Shown here piece after piece: positions 1 to 9,960 of a stretch of 64,000 bases of DNA (position 1 is the stretch's first letter; the number at the start of each line of letters is the position of its first letter). Under the pieces are notes generated by a model. The model was not told the origin of the DNA. It saw only the letters and a program-made list of their open reading frames with translations, and made no database searches. The translations under genes and the position numbers were made by a program. Location of the stretch: NCBI GenBank assembly GCA_020697135.1, contig JAJFBM010000003.1:7768-71767 (forward strand). The letters run 5' to 3'. The stretch is from Rickettsiaceae bacterium. GTDB taxonomy: Bacteria; Pseudomonadota; Alphaproteobacteria; Rickettsiales; Rickettsiaceae.

Positions 1-803
1 CGTAACTCTCCTTCATATATAGTTTTGCCTCGCATTATCCTAGGAGTTACCGTGACATCCAAATTTGATTTAGGGCGCCAATATAGGGGTACTCTTAAGC
101 TATTATCTTGTATTTGTGGTACAAGTATACCGGACTGAGCCTTTGCATTGGGCGTTGGATGCACAAGATATGGTACATAAAATATAGGTACACCAAAAAC
201 TTCAAAAAAAGCATGTTTATAAGACACTCTTTCTTTTTCAAAATCTATATCTGTTTGTTTAGCACGTAACCGCCAAAGAGGATAGCTTGTTTTACATGTA
301 GGACAGGGCGTATAGGAAGCGTCCCTTAAGGAGCCATAATTAGGACCTTGTTTTATAGCTTGTTGTGCCTTAACTTTTACATTATCAGGTAAGTGAAGAA
401 TTAGGCCTGATATTACCCCTTCTTTGAATTTGCTTTTAAGTATAATAAAATCACCGTAAACAGTGATTCCTTTATTATCGCGCGCAATAACATTTCCTCT
501 TGCTGTTACTTCATCTTTTGCAATATCATAAGTTAATTCATCAGCTGTAAGTTTGTGATCTCCAGAAATAACTTCTATGTTTCCTATAGCTTTTATAAAC
601 TCCTTGCTTGCATTATAGGTTACTGTTTTAGCTTTAATATTAACACCACTTCCTATTATGGTTTTTTTTGGAAGGGTATTATTAAAATTTTCTGGTTGAC
701 TCTTGTTTGAATCGTTAATGGGTAAATTCCCTTCATTGGCTTGACTAAAAGCTTTATAAGGTGTTAATAGACTAAAAAAAATTACAGCTAAATGTTTTTT
801 CAT
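1..803 (-). CDS. lptD: LPS-assembly outer-membrane protein LptD (OstA/Imp), N-terminal part. The ORF runs off the window start.
   Basis: My own minus-strand translation from ATG at 803 gives a signal peptide (MKKHLAVIFFSLLTPYKAFSQA). It continues into an OstA-like N-domain (ADELTYDIAKDEVTARGNVIARDNKG), then YTPCPTCK..PLWRLRAKQTDIDFEKERVSYKHAFFEVFGVPIFYVPYL. It is absent from the ORF track because it is open-ended. Confidence 0.75.
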   Translation of the reverse strand, partial: MKKHLAVIFFSLLTPYKAFSQANEGNLPINDSNKSQPENFNNTLPKKTIIGSGVNIKAKTVTYNASKEFIKAIGNIEVISGDHKLTADELTYDIAKDEVTARGNVIARDNKGITVYGDFIILKSKFKEGVISGLILHLPDNVKVKAQQAIKQGPNYGSLRDASYTPCPTCKTSYPLWRLRAKQTDIDFEKERVSYKHAFFEVFGVPIFYVPYLVHPTPNAKAQSGILVPQIQDNSLRVPLYWRPKSNLDVTVTPRIMRGKTIYEGEL

Positions 804-926
804 TGATAAATAATATTAGTCATGTAAATTTAAAAATATATATAGTTATATCTTTTTTTAAAGGCTTGATTAAGCCTTTAGAAGATAAAACTATTACTTT
901 CAAGCAAGAAATACAAGCGAATATCA

Positions 927-2438
927 ATGCAAGATGTAAACTATAAATCATTATATATACCGAATGGAATTACTGAGCAACAAAATCTCTCTAATATTGC
1001 AGAATATTCAGTTAGTGAAATTTCTTCAGCAATAAAAAAAATGGTTGAGGAAAACTTTGAATATGTGCGGGTTAGAGGGGAAATTTCAGGGCTTAAAGTT
1101 GCTGCCTCAGGCCATGCTTACTTCAATATAAAAGATGTAAATGCTGTTCTTGCTTGTACTTGCTGGCGTCATTCTATGGCTAAAATCTCAGTCAGGCCTG
1201 AAGATGGCCTGGAGGTAGTAGTAATCGGGAAAATCACTACATATGCCGGTCAGTCAAAATATCAAATGACTGTAGAATCGATAGAAATTGCTGGAATTGG
1301 TGCTTTAATGCAGCAATTTGAGAAATTGAAAGCCGCCTTCATTAAGGAAGGATTATTTGCGCCAGAGCGAAAAAAGCCAATACCTTTCTTCCCAAAAACA
1401 ATAGCTGTTGTAACCTCAATGGCAGGTGCTGTTATTCGTGATATTTGGCATAGGATTGAAGATCGCTGCCCAGTGCAGCTTATAATTTGGCCAGTTGCTG
1501 TTCAGGGGCAAACGGCTGCGGGTGAAATTGCTGGAGCTATTAATGGGCTGAATAAATATGAGGATTTAAATATACCTAAAGCTGATGTTATTATAGTAGC
1601 GCGAGGAGGAGGGTCTATAGAAGATTTATGGGCCTTTAACGAGGAAATAGTAGTGCGAGCTGCTGCAAATTCGAATATACCTTTAATCTCAGCTGTAGGA
1701 CATGAAACAGATTTTACCTTAATAGATTTTGCAGCAGACCTACGTGCGCCAACCCCAACTGCAGCAGCAGAACTTGCAGTTCCAGTATTCAGCCAGCTGC
1801 GTGCAACTATTTTAGAGGCAGAATATAAATTATCCAACTCTATTAATAAATACTTGAATCTGCTTCAACATCAATTTAAATGCCAGGCTAATGCATTACC
1901 AGATGTATATACGTTAATACTTGCTCAAGAACAAAGATTAGATGATTTATCAATTCGTTTGCAGGAATCTCTACCAAAATTACTTGCCATTAAAGCATTA
2001 TCCCTAAGTCGTTTTCCTTTGAGCATCATTAGTCCTGAGCGAGTAATGATGATTAAGAAGCAGAAATTAGATAATGAGGTGCGTAGCCTACAATCAGCGT
2101 TAAAGCAATCATTTGAGAAAAAATTATCGAAATTATTACAGCTTGCAAGTAGTATAAAAATTATAAGGCTGCAAAATAATTTGAATCAGAAAAAAGCCAA
2201 TTTTGATAAATTTGAAGGTTATTTGCTACAGTCGGTTAATAGGATAATTGATAAATACTCACAAAAAGTAAATATGCATGCAAGCCTACTTGGTAGCCTT
2301 GATTACAGAAAAGTGTTGAAAAGAGGCTTTACTATTATTAAATCCGAAGACGGAAAAGTGCTGTCAAGTGCTGCCGCAGCTAAAGGTTCGATTGCCATTG
2401 AATTCCATGATGGTAAGGTAAGAGCAGTGGTGAAGTAG
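927..2438 (+). CDS. xseA: Exodeoxyribonuclease VII large subunit
   Basis: 503 aa. N-terminal OB-fold signature VRVRGEISGLKVAASGHAYFNIKD and catalytic-core motif ARGGGSIEDLWAFNEE. Confidence 0.9.
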   Translation: MQDVNYKSLYIPNGITEQQNLSNIAEYSVSEISSAIKKMVEENFEYVRVRGEISGLKVAASGHAYFNIKDVNAVLACTCWRHSMAKISVRPEDGLEVVVIGKITTYAGQSKYQMTVESIEIAGIGALMQQFEKLKAAFIKEGLFAPERKKPIPFFPKTIAVVTSMAGAVIRDIWHRIEDRCPVQLIIWPVAVQGQTAAGEIAGAINGLNKYEDLNIPKADVIIVARGGGSIEDLWAFNEEIVVRAAANSNIPLISAVGHETDFTLIDFAADLRAPTPTAAAELAVPVFSQLRATILEAEYKLSNSINKYLNLLQHQFKCQANALPDVYTLILAQEQRLDDLSIRLQESLPKLLAIKALSLSRFPLSIISPERVMMIKKQKLDNEVRSLQSALKQSFEKKLSKLLQLASSIKIIRLQNNLNQKKANFDKFEGYLLQSVNRIIDKYSQKVNMHASLLGSLDYRKVLKRGFTIIKSEDGKVLSSAAAAKGSIAIEFHDGKVRAVVK

Positions 2439-2506
2439 ATGGAAGTGAAAAACTAGTAATTGGTATTAAAACAAGTAATAGATATACTAAAATTAAGTCG
2501 AATAAA

Positions 2507-2839
2507 ATGATAGATATGATGGTATATAAAGGTTATATAGGTTCAGTACATTATTCTGATGAAGAGGAAGTATTTTTTGGCAAGGTTGAGTATATTAAAA
2601 GCTTAATCAATTATAAAGCTACAGATGTGAAAACATTAAAAGCAGCTTTTAAATCTGCCGTTGAGGATTATCTTGAATCTTGCAGCGAGTTAAATATAAA
2701 TCCTGAAAAGCCATTTAAAGGTAGCCTTAATGTTAGAATCGGAGAAGAAGTGCATAGGCAAGCAGCTATTTATGCAGAGCAAAATAACTTATCTTTAAAT
2801 CAACTTGTTAAAGATGCCTTATCCTCTTATATTAGGTGA
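2507..2839 (+). CDS. HicB-family type II antitoxin (RNase-H-like fold plus C-terminal RHH), with no hicA partner
   Basis: 110 aa. YKGYIGSVHYSDEEEVFFGKV...KPFKGSLNVRIGEEVHRQAAIYAEQNNLSLNQLVKDAL is the typical HicB layout. The 68 bp upstream hold no HicA-sized ORF. Confidence 0.65.
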   Translation: MIDMMVYKGYIGSVHYSDEEEVFFGKVEYIKSLINYKATDVKTLKAAFKSAVEDYLESCSELNINPEKPFKGSLNVRIGEEVHRQAAIYAEQNNLSLNQLVKDALSSYIR

Positions 2840-4195
2840 ATTTCTTATGCTCTCACCCTCACTCAAATCAAGTTTAAGCCAATTACTATATTTATATCTA
2901 TAGTAAAATATCGATAAATTGATTACCCCATATGCTATACAAGTATACCAACTTACTAAATAGTCATCTAGCATCATAATATGAAGTAAAATATACGTAG
3001 GTACCACCGAAGCCAGCCAAGAAGTTAAAATATTACCTATCATAAGAAATCGCGTGTCGCCACCAGAGGTCAAAACCCCAGCAATTACCCAAGCAAACCC
3101 ATCTATTAATATATATAACCACACAAAGAACAGCACCATTTTAGCAGGTTCAAAAAGTCCTTGTTCTATGACATCTGGGAAGAAAAAATGTAAGATTTGG
3201 CTTGAGAAGAATAATATTATCAATCCAATACAGCAAATTATAATTATATGTATAAAAGCAGCCTTACTAATTAATTTATCCAAATAAGATAATTGCTTAG
3301 CTCCAATTAAATTTGATGCAAAGGTCGAAACTCCTTGCTTAAGCCCTTCTGCAAGGAATGAAAACATAAAAAATATAGTCTGGCCTATAACGTGAACAGT
3401 TAAGTATTCAGGTTTTGCAGAAGCTATAATTTTAAAGCCAGTAGTCCAAGCAAGTAATTCAACAGTATGGCCTATAGAGGTTGCTCCACCAACTTTGATA
3501 CATTCTTTTAATAGTTGAAGGTCAAATGAAGCTCTACGTGTTTTATAAATTTTATTATTCTTTTTATTAAAAAAGACCGCAGCTAGAATAAGGCATGAAA
3601 AAGCTTGGGCAAAAATAGTAGCAATTACAGCGCCTTTAACACCTTGAGGCGCAAGGAAGCTTGTGCCAAATATAAGAATATAATTAAGTATAAAATTTAC
3701 TATATTTGCAACTACAGCTGACATAGTTACAATAAAAGTTTCCCCTCTACCTATAAAAAAAGCACTTAGGGCGATATTTAATGGAGCAAGAAAAAGACAG
3801 TAAACTGAGTAATTAAAATAAATATCAGCCTCAGCGTAAAATTCTTTAAGCAATAAATAAGGTTTAAGGGCTAAAGCTATTGGTATTACTAAAGCTCCCC
3901 CTATAAATGAGAACCAAATCATCTGCCATACAGGTTTAGCTACTTTATCTGTTTGCTGTGCGCCATTATACTGCCCAACATACACTTCTGCAATTGATGA
4001 AATACCGAATAATAACATGTAAAAAATAGCAACTACAACTTGTGAGGAGGCTATAGCGTTAGTACTACTAGCAGAATATTGGCTTACCATTAGTCTGTCA
4101 CAAATATACATTAAATTGCCAGACATTGCAGTTAAAATCAGAGGGAAAGATAGTTTCCAAATTCGTGCTACAGTAATTTCTTGTGAAAACTTCAT
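2819..4195 (-). CDS. MATE-family multidrug/Na+ efflux transporter
   Basis: 458 aa and about 12 predicted TM helices. The N-terminus (WKLSFPLILTAMSGNLMYICDRLMVSQ) is typical of NorM/DinF-type MATE proteins. Confidence 0.8.
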   Translation of the reverse strand: MKFSQEITVARIWKLSFPLILTAMSGNLMYICDRLMVSQYSASSTNAIASSQVVVAIFYMLLFGISSIAEVYVGQYNGAQQTDKVAKPVWQMIWFSFIGGALVIPIALALKPYLLLKEFYAEADIYFNYSVYCLFLAPLNIALSAFFIGRGETFIVTMSAVVANIVNFILNYILIFGTSFLAPQGVKGAVIATIFAQAFSCLILAAVFFNKKNNKIYKTRRASFDLQLLKECIKVGGATSIGHTVELLAWTTGFKIIASAKPEYLTVHVIGQTIFFMFSFLAEGLKQGVSTFASNLIGAKQLSYLDKLISKAAFIHIIIICCIGLIILFFSSQILHFFFPDVIEQGLFEPAKMVLFFVWLYILIDGFAWVIAGVLTSGGDTRFLMIGNILTSWLASVVPTYILLHIMMLDDYLVSWYTCIAYGVINLSIFYYRYKYSNWLKLDLSEGESIRNSPNIRG

Positions 4196-4198
4196 TAA

Positions 4199-4945
4199 CT
4201 ACTTTTTCCTTTGGTACTCTCTTGCCTTTTCTATTAAAGCAGCAAAGAGTTTTGTATCAATATCGCCGCAAGCTAGATATTCAGGGTGCCATTCAACACC
4301 AATTATAAAATCATCTTCTACAGATTCAATAGCTTCAATTATCCCATCGGGAGCTATTGCTGACACTATCAAGCCTTGACCTACCTCATCAATTGCTTGA
4401 TGATGAGTAGTATTTACTGACCAATCAGTTTTTCCACCAACAATATCAAATAATTTTGTATTTTCGAAAACTTTTAAAGGATGAGTAGGCCTATCTTTAG
4501 GGAATGGCTGCTCATGATTAATATTACTAGGCCTTTGTTCTGGTATGTCTTGAATCAGGCTTCCACCACAAGCAACATTAATAACTTGCATTCCGTTACA
4601 TACACCTAATATTGGTATCCCCCCCCTTTTTTTTGCTCTCTTAAAAAGCTCAAACTCATAATCAGTCCTTGATTCAATAGTAGTTACTTTGCTACTTTTG
4701 ATTTCTTGACCGTAATGTTTCGGGTGGATATCGAAATCCCCCCCGGTAATTATTAGACCATCAAGTAGGTCAAGTGTCTCATCAATTAAGTCTATTTCAA
4801 GTGGTAGCATAAAGGGTACCCCCCCTAATTTTGCAACAGACTGACTATAGTTTTGTCTTAGCGCATACCATGGATAGCGAGAATAGCTATATTTTTCTGA
4901 ATCATTTTGAAGATCTAGCGTAATTCCTATCACTGGTTTGCTCAT
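4199..4945 (-). CDS. Class-I glutamine amidotransferase-like hydrolase (peptidase C26, gamma-glutamyl-GABA hydrolase family)
   Basis: 248 aa. Nucleophile elbow GVCNGMQVIN, then HHQAI and GVEWHPE (Cys-His-Glu triad context). It lies 3 bp downstream of the MATE gene, which suggests an operon. Confidence 0.8.
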   Translation of the reverse strand: MSKPVIGITLDLQNDSEKYSYSRYPWYALRQNYSQSVAKLGGVPFMLPLEIDLIDETLDLLDGLIITGGDFDIHPKHYGQEIKSSKVTTIESRTDYEFELFKRAKKRGGIPILGVCNGMQVINVACGGSLIQDIPEQRPSNINHEQPFPKDRPTHPLKVFENTKLFDIVGGKTDWSVNTTHHQAIDEVGQGLIVSAIAPDGIIEAIESVEDDFIIGVEWHPEYLACGDIDTKLFAALIEKAREYQRKK

Positions 4946-4987
4946 GTAATACCTATTTATATTGTTCTCTGTAAAAGCTTGTTATCC

Positions 4988-7714
4988 TTAAGCTCCATGG
5001 CAATGTTTATATTTCTTATCAGAACCACATGGGCAAGCTTCGTTTCTTGCAATTTTCCCCCAAGTTTCAGGGTTACTTGGATCACGGTCTTTTGGATCAA
5101 CAAATGCTTTAGCAGGCTTTAACTCTGTTTCAATAGTAGTTCCTGAGTTAAAGCTTTCAAATGCAGGATCACGACGTGATTCAAACGTTTTTTGCAACTT
5201 TTTATTCTTAAGCGATACAGCTTCCTTATTCTCAGCTTTACCTGTATCAATATGGAGATGCGCCATTCTTTGAATAAAATTATAGCTTAAGCCGTCAAGC
5301 ATATATTCAAAAAGAGTAAATGCTTCTCTTTTATATTCATTTAATGGATCCTTTTGACCATAGGCTCTAAGGTTAATACCTTGTCTTAAATGATCAAGTG
5401 AAAGTAAGTGATCTTTCCATACTTGATCAAGTGTGCCTATTAGAACGTAGCGAGTACCTTCTTTCATCACATCAGAACCAAATTGTTCCTCCTTATGTTT
5501 AAATAAGCCAGATACAATTTGTTTAATAGTTGAGGTAATACCTTCTTCGTCTATCTCTTGACTTGCAAGTTCACGAGGGTCAATGATTAAACCAAATAAG
5601 CGATAAACTTCTTTTGATAATCCTTCGAGATCCCATTCTTCACGGTAGCTACCTTTAGGAATAAATTTTGTAACGAGTTCACTTACTACTTGCTCGCTCA
5701 TATTATAAAGAAGATCTATAATATGCTCATTAGAAATGAAGTTATTTCTTTGATCGTAAACGATGCGTCTTTGATCGCTCATTACATCATCGAATTTTAA
5801 TAGATTTTTCCTGATTTCATAGTTATGAGCTTCAACTCGCTGCTGGGCTTTCTCTAAAGCTCTACTGATCATTGGATGGTGAATTGCCTCGCCATCTTTA
5901 AGCCCTAGATTTCTTAAAATACCTGATATTCTCTCAGAAGCAAATATACGCATTAAATCATCTTCAAGCGATAAGAAGAATCTAGTTTCACCCGGGTCAC
6001 CTTGGCGGCCGGAGCGTCCTCTTAGCTGATTATCAATCCTGCGGCTTTCATGACGCTCAGTTCCAAGTACAAAAAGTCCACCAGCTGCAATAACCTTTTC
6101 TTTCTCATCAGCAATTTGCTTCTTTATCTCTTGAACCTTTTTTTGATAATCTGCAGCGCTTAAATTTTCTTCTTCTAAATCTTTAATAAGCATTTCAGGA
6201 TTACCACCTAGCATAATATCAGTACCACGCCCCGCCATATTAGTTGCAATAGTTACTGATTTAAATCTACCAGCTTGTGCAATAATTGAAGCTTCTTGTT
6301 CATGAAACTTTGCATTAAGTACTTTATGAGCAATTTTATTTTTTGTTAGCATATCTGAAATTTGTTCAGATTTCTCAATACTAATAGTTCCAACTAATAC
6401 TGGCTGCCCTTTTTCATAACAATTTTTTATTAGCTTTAAAATTGCATCAGATTTTTCTTTAATGCTGCCATATATTTCATCATCATGATCAACTCTTTTA
6501 ACTGGATTATGAGTTGGAACAGCTACTACATCAAGATTATATATTTCTTTAAGTTCAGAAGCTTCAGTCATTGCAGTACCTGTCATACCGGCAAGCTTTG
6601 TATACATTCTAAAATAATTTTGGAAAGTAATAGAGGCAAGAGTTTGATTTTCATTTTGGATAGGGAGTCTTTCTTTAGCTTCTAAAGCTTGATGAAGCCC
6701 ATCTGAATATCTTCTACCCTCCATCATACGTCCAGTAAATTCATCAATAATCATCACTTGATTATTTTTAACTATGTAATCAACATCTTTTGCAAATAAA
6801 TTATGAGCTCTTAAAGCTTGATTGACATAATGTACAAGCTCCATATTTTCTAAATCATATAGGCTTGTGCCTTTTTGAATCATGGAAGCTTTAATAAGCA
6901 ATTCTTCAGCCGCTGCAATACCACTATCATTTAAGTTTACAGTTCTAGTTTTTTCATCTATATCATAATGAGTTTTGCTTAAAGCTGTCACTATTGAGTT
7001 TATTTTAGTGTAAAGCTCAGTATTATCATCAACCGGTCCTGAAATAATAAGAGGCGTCCTTGCTTCGTCAATTAATATGGAGTCAACTTCGTCAATAATA
7101 GCAAAGTTAAAGGGACGTTGAACCCTTGACTCAATAGTAAACTTCATATTATCGCGCAAGTAATCGAAACCAAGCTCATTATTAGTCGCATAAGTTATAT
7201 CCGCTCCATAAGCTTCTTTCTTTTCTGACTCATCCATATTGCTTGTTATGGTTTTAACTGAAAGGCCTAGAAAATTAAACAGTACCCCCATTGATTCAGC
7301 ATCTCTGCGGACAAGGTAATCATTGACGGTTACAATATGTACGCCTTTGCCTTCAAGTGCATTTAAATATGCAGGAAGAGTTGCCACCAAAGTTTTACCT
7401 TCACCTGTTCGCATCTCCGTAATCATACCTCTATGCAGGATAATCCCTCCCATTAATTGCACATCAAAATGCCTCATGCCTAAAGATCTTTTTGAGGCTT
7501 CTCTAACTACTGCAAATGCTTCATGTAAAATATCATCAAGTTTTTTGCCATTTTTTAACGCCTCTTTAAACTCTTTAGTTTTATTCTGTAGAGTTGAATC
7601 GCTTAATTTTTGTAAATTTGCTTCAAATGCATTTATCTGCTCAACATCTTTTAATAATTTTTTGACTATTCTATCGTTGGCTGTGCCAAAAATTTTCTTT
7701 AAAATTCCAAACAT
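4988..7714 (-). CDS. secA: Preprotein translocase ATPase SecA
   Basis: 908 aa. Walker [14 protein letters not shown]-like [21 protein letters not shown], and C-terminal zinc finger [14 protein letters not shown]. Confidence 0.97.
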   Translation of the reverse strand: MFGILKKIFGTANDRIVKKLLKDVEQINAFEANLQKLSDSTLQNKTKEFKEALKNGKKLDDILHEAFAVVREASKRSLGMRHFDVQLMGGIILHRGMITEMRTGEGKTLVATLPAYLNALEGKGVHIVTVNDYLVRRDAESMGVLFNFLGLSVKTITSNMDESEKKEAYGADITYATNNELGFDYLRDNMKFTIESRVQRPFNFAIIDEVDSILIDEARTPLIISGPVDDNTELYTKINSIVTALSKTHYDIDEKTRTVNLNDSGIAAAEELLIKASMIQKGTSLYDLENMELVHYVNQALRAHNLFAKDVDYIVKNNQVMIIDEFTGRMMEGRRYSDGLHQALEAKERLPIQNENQTLASITFQNYFRMYTKLAGMTGTAMTEASELKEIYNLDVVAVPTHNPVKRVDHDDEIYGSIKEKSDAILKLIKNCYEKGQPVLVGTISIEKSEQISDMLTKNKIAHKVLNAKFHEQEASIIAQAGRFKSVTIATNMAGRGTDIMLGGNPEMLIKDLEEENLSAADYQKKVQEIKKQIADEKEKVIAAGGLFVLGTERHESRRIDNQLRGRSGRQGDPGETRFFLSLEDDLMRIFASERISGILRNLGLKDGEAIHHPMISRALEKAQQRVEAHNYEIRKNLLKFDDVMSDQRRIVYDQRNNFISNEHIIDLLYNMSEQVVSELVTKFIPKGSYREEWDLEGLSKEVYRLFGLIIDPRELASQEIDEEGITSTIKQIVSGLFKHKEEQFGSDVMKEGTRYVLIGTLDQVWKDHLLSLDHLRQGINLRAYGQKDPLNEYKREAFTLFEYMLDGLSYNFIQRMAHLHIDTGKAENKEAVSLKNKKLQKTFESRRDPAFESFNSGTTIETELKPAKAFVDPKDRDPSNPETWGKIARNEACPCGSDKKYKHCHGA

Positions 7715-8022
7715 TATATTCCTTAAATTTTCTTATATTATGAAATTAACCAAAGAAGATACCATATTTTTTGCTAAAAAATAATAATTTTTTAGCGGCA
7801 AAAAATATATTTAGGTTAAGAATCTTTCCATTAGACATATAATAGCTGATTCAGCTTTTTAAAGTATATTGAATTAATTAGTTGCTCTTAATGTTAGAAG
7901 TTGATTTAAATCAACATAAATCGATAAAATATAAGTTTTTATCTTAATATGTAAGAAATAAAGTTGACGAGTTAGAGTTTAAATCATACAAATATAGGTA
8001 AATTAATTTAAGGTGTATAATT

Positions 8023-8838
8023 ATGAAGAAAATCAACTTTTTACTTGCAACAGTATCCCTGTGTGCAACTATGTCTGTTTTTGCCGAAGATAAAGTTTTA
8101 GCAACTTATAATGATAAGAAAGTTACTGAATCAGAGGTAATGAATCAAATCAAAGAAGCCTTTAAAAATCAACCAGCATTGCAAAATAAAAAATTTAATG
8201 AACTTGATAAGAAGATGCAAACTGACATAGTAAGAGGATATGTTGGTGGTAAACTTTTGCAAGAAGAAGCAAAGAAATCAGGATTTGATACAACACCTGA
8301 ATTTCAAGCTAAATTAGAAAATGTTAAACAACAGCTAATGCAACAAGAACTTCTTGATAGACAAATTAAGCAAAAAGTAACTGATGCGCAGATTGATGAG
8401 GAATATAAGAAGTTTGCTGAGGATATGAAAGGTAAAGAGGAAATCAAAGTAAGCCATATTGTTGTTGAATCTCAAGAAAAAGGTAAGGAAGTAAAGGCTA
8501 AGCTGAATAAAGGTTCCAAATTTGCTGACCTTGCAAAACAATATTCAAAAGATGAAAGTTCAAAAGCAATGGGGGGTACTCTTGGCTATTTTACTAAAGG
8601 TCAAATAGTTCCTGTAATAGAAGAGAAAGCATTTGCTATGAAAGTTGGTGAAATTTCTGAGCCAATTAAAACAGATTTCGGATGGCATATTATTAAGGTT
8701 GAAGATAAGCGCAAAGTTAAAGTGCCAACCAAAGAAGAAGCAAAGAATATGATATCTGTAAAATTAAGTAAGCAAGTTATAGAAACATATATCGAAGACT
8801 TAATTAATAAGGCTAATACAAAAGTCTTAATCAATTAA
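8023..8838 (+). CDS. Parvulin-type peptidyl-prolyl cis-trans isomerase with signal peptide (plp/PrsA/SurA-like)
   Basis: 271 aa. Signal peptide MKKINFLLATVSLCATMSVFA. Parvulin core VSHIVVESQEKGKEVKAKLNKGSKFADLAKQYSKD...LGYFTKGQIVP..FGWHIIKVEDKR. Confidence 0.85.
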   Translation: MKKINFLLATVSLCATMSVFAEDKVLATYNDKKVTESEVMNQIKEAFKNQPALQNKKFNELDKKMQTDIVRGYVGGKLLQEEAKKSGFDTTPEFQAKLENVKQQLMQQELLDRQIKQKVTDAQIDEEYKKFAEDMKGKEEIKVSHIVVESQEKGKEVKAKLNKGSKFADLAKQYSKDESSKAMGGTLGYFTKGQIVPVIEEKAFAMKVGEISEPIKTDFGWHIIKVEDKRKVKVPTKEEAKNMISVKLSKQVIETYIEDLINKANTKVLIN

Positions 8839-8887
8839 TATTAAGTTTCATATTAATCCAATATAATTTATTGGATATATATATTTT

Positions 8888-8928
8888 ATGCGCAAATGCT
8901 CCAATAACATTTGCGCATTTTTGTTTTT
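8888..8928 (+). terminator. Rho-independent terminator of the parvulin gene
   Basis: 11-bp perfect stem atgcgcaaatg / catttgcgcat with a 9-nt loop, followed by tttttgttttt. Confidence 0.7.
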
Positions 8929-8956
8929 CAAATAATAATTATAAAAACGGTTAAAC

Positions 8957-9613
8957 ATGCGCTTACTCCTAACTTTATTCATAACATTTTTTCCTTATAT
9001 GCATTCTGTTCAAAGTGCCAATGCAAAAGAACTTAGCGCTGCGGGTAACACAGCAAACATTTCAAACCAAAATATACAAGAAAAAATTAGGACTAATGGC
9101 CCATTGCAAGTTAAAGATTCTAATATACACAAATTAAGAGTAACAGGTCCTATGCAAGCCTCTAATTTAAAAAGTGAAAAAATTAAGGTGGTAGGATCTC
9201 TACAAGGTGAGGAAATTGTTTCTAATAGGGTTAATGTTCAAGGTTCAAGCACGCTTGCAAAAACTACTATTGATCAGTTAAATGTCGTTGGTAGAACAGA
9301 GATTAAAGATAATAGTAATATTAATGTAGTGCAATCATGTGGCTATGTTAGAGTGGAAGATAGTAAAGTTATGAATCTAAAAGTTGATTCTAACAAGTGT
9401 GAAATCCATAATTCTCAAATAGGCGATTTAACATTGAGTGATAAACAGACTAAACCAACTGTGAAAATCTCTGGCAATAGTAGTGTTAAAGGTAATATTA
9501 TTTTCGAATCAGGCGATGGTACAGTACTTCTTGATAAAGAGCTGATGAAAAATTTTGATGTAAAGAAGATTAAAGGTGGGAAGGTGCAGGTTATAGATGG
9601 TTCTACTAATTGA
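8957..9613 (+). CDS. Secreted repeat protein, predicted beta-helix (bactofilin-like periodicity), function unknown
   Basis: 218 aa. Signal peptide MRLLLTLFITFFPYMHSVQSANA. Then repeats of roughly 17-20 aa of the type xxLxVxGxxxxxxxxxxxx (KLRVTGPMQ, KIKVVGSLQ, RVNVQGSST, QLNVVGRTE, NLKVDSNKC). Confidence 0.4.
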   Translation: MRLLLTLFITFFPYMHSVQSANAKELSAAGNTANISNQNIQEKIRTNGPLQVKDSNIHKLRVTGPMQASNLKSEKIKVVGSLQGEEIVSNRVNVQGSSTLAKTTIDQLNVVGRTEIKDNSNINVVQSCGYVRVEDSKVMNLKVDSNKCEIHNSQIGDLTLSDKQTKPTVKISGNSSVKGNIIFESGDGTVLLDKELMKNFDVKKIKGGKVQVIDGSTN

Positions 9614-9616
9614 TTT

Positions 9617-9790
9617 ATGGAAATTCAACCAATTAAAACCGAAAAAGATTATGTTGAAGCTTTAAGATTAATTGATGCTTTATTAGAAGCGACTGAAAAT
9701 TCAAAAGAAGCGCAACATTTAGAGGTTCTCTCAATTCTGGTTGGGGCTTATGAGCAAAAAAATTATAATACCATTTTACATTTAAAATAA
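9617..9790 (+). pseudogene. Truncated HigA-family (COG5499-type) antitoxin gene. Only the N-terminal domain remains and the HTH domain is missing.
   Basis: My translation is MEIQPIKTEKDYVEALRLIDALLEATENSKEAQHLEVLSILVGAYEQKNY followed by NTILHLK*. The first 50 aa fit the conserved N-domain pattern of HigA antitoxins (IKPIKTEEDYE.AL..ID.L.....G....D.L.VL..LV.AYE.KHYPI). The last 7 codons and the stop come from the inverted repeat of the palindromic element at 9768. Confidence 0.55.
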
Positions 9791-9893
9791 GATATATTGA
9801 GTTTAGGACGAGGCTGCGTAAGCGTATATTTATACGCGCGTAAAGCCGAGATCCGCTAAGCCGATATGTATCATTTTAAAGAAAAAACCGCAT
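9768..9893. mobile_element. MITE / RPE-like palindromic element, family A, copy 1 (one terminal repeat degraded)
   Basis: It aligns over about 126 bp, at roughly 80% identity by eye, with the reverse complement of 30730..30855. The shared core is attgagtttaggacgaggctgcgtaagcgtatat. Confidence 0.75.
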
Positions 9894-9960
9894 AAGGTTT
9901 ATTTATCATTCCTCTTGAAATATAAAGCTTATTGTTATTTTCATTTAAAATTAAAATACG

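Noticed and set aside
7323-7784. 153-aa plus-strand ORF overlapping the 5' end of secA, plus similar shadow ORFs inside xseA (1502..1837), lon, rpoD, dnaG, aspS, the RND pump and others
   Set aside because: They are shadow ORFs inside strongly supported housekeeping genes. Their composition is low-complexity and they show no motifs.
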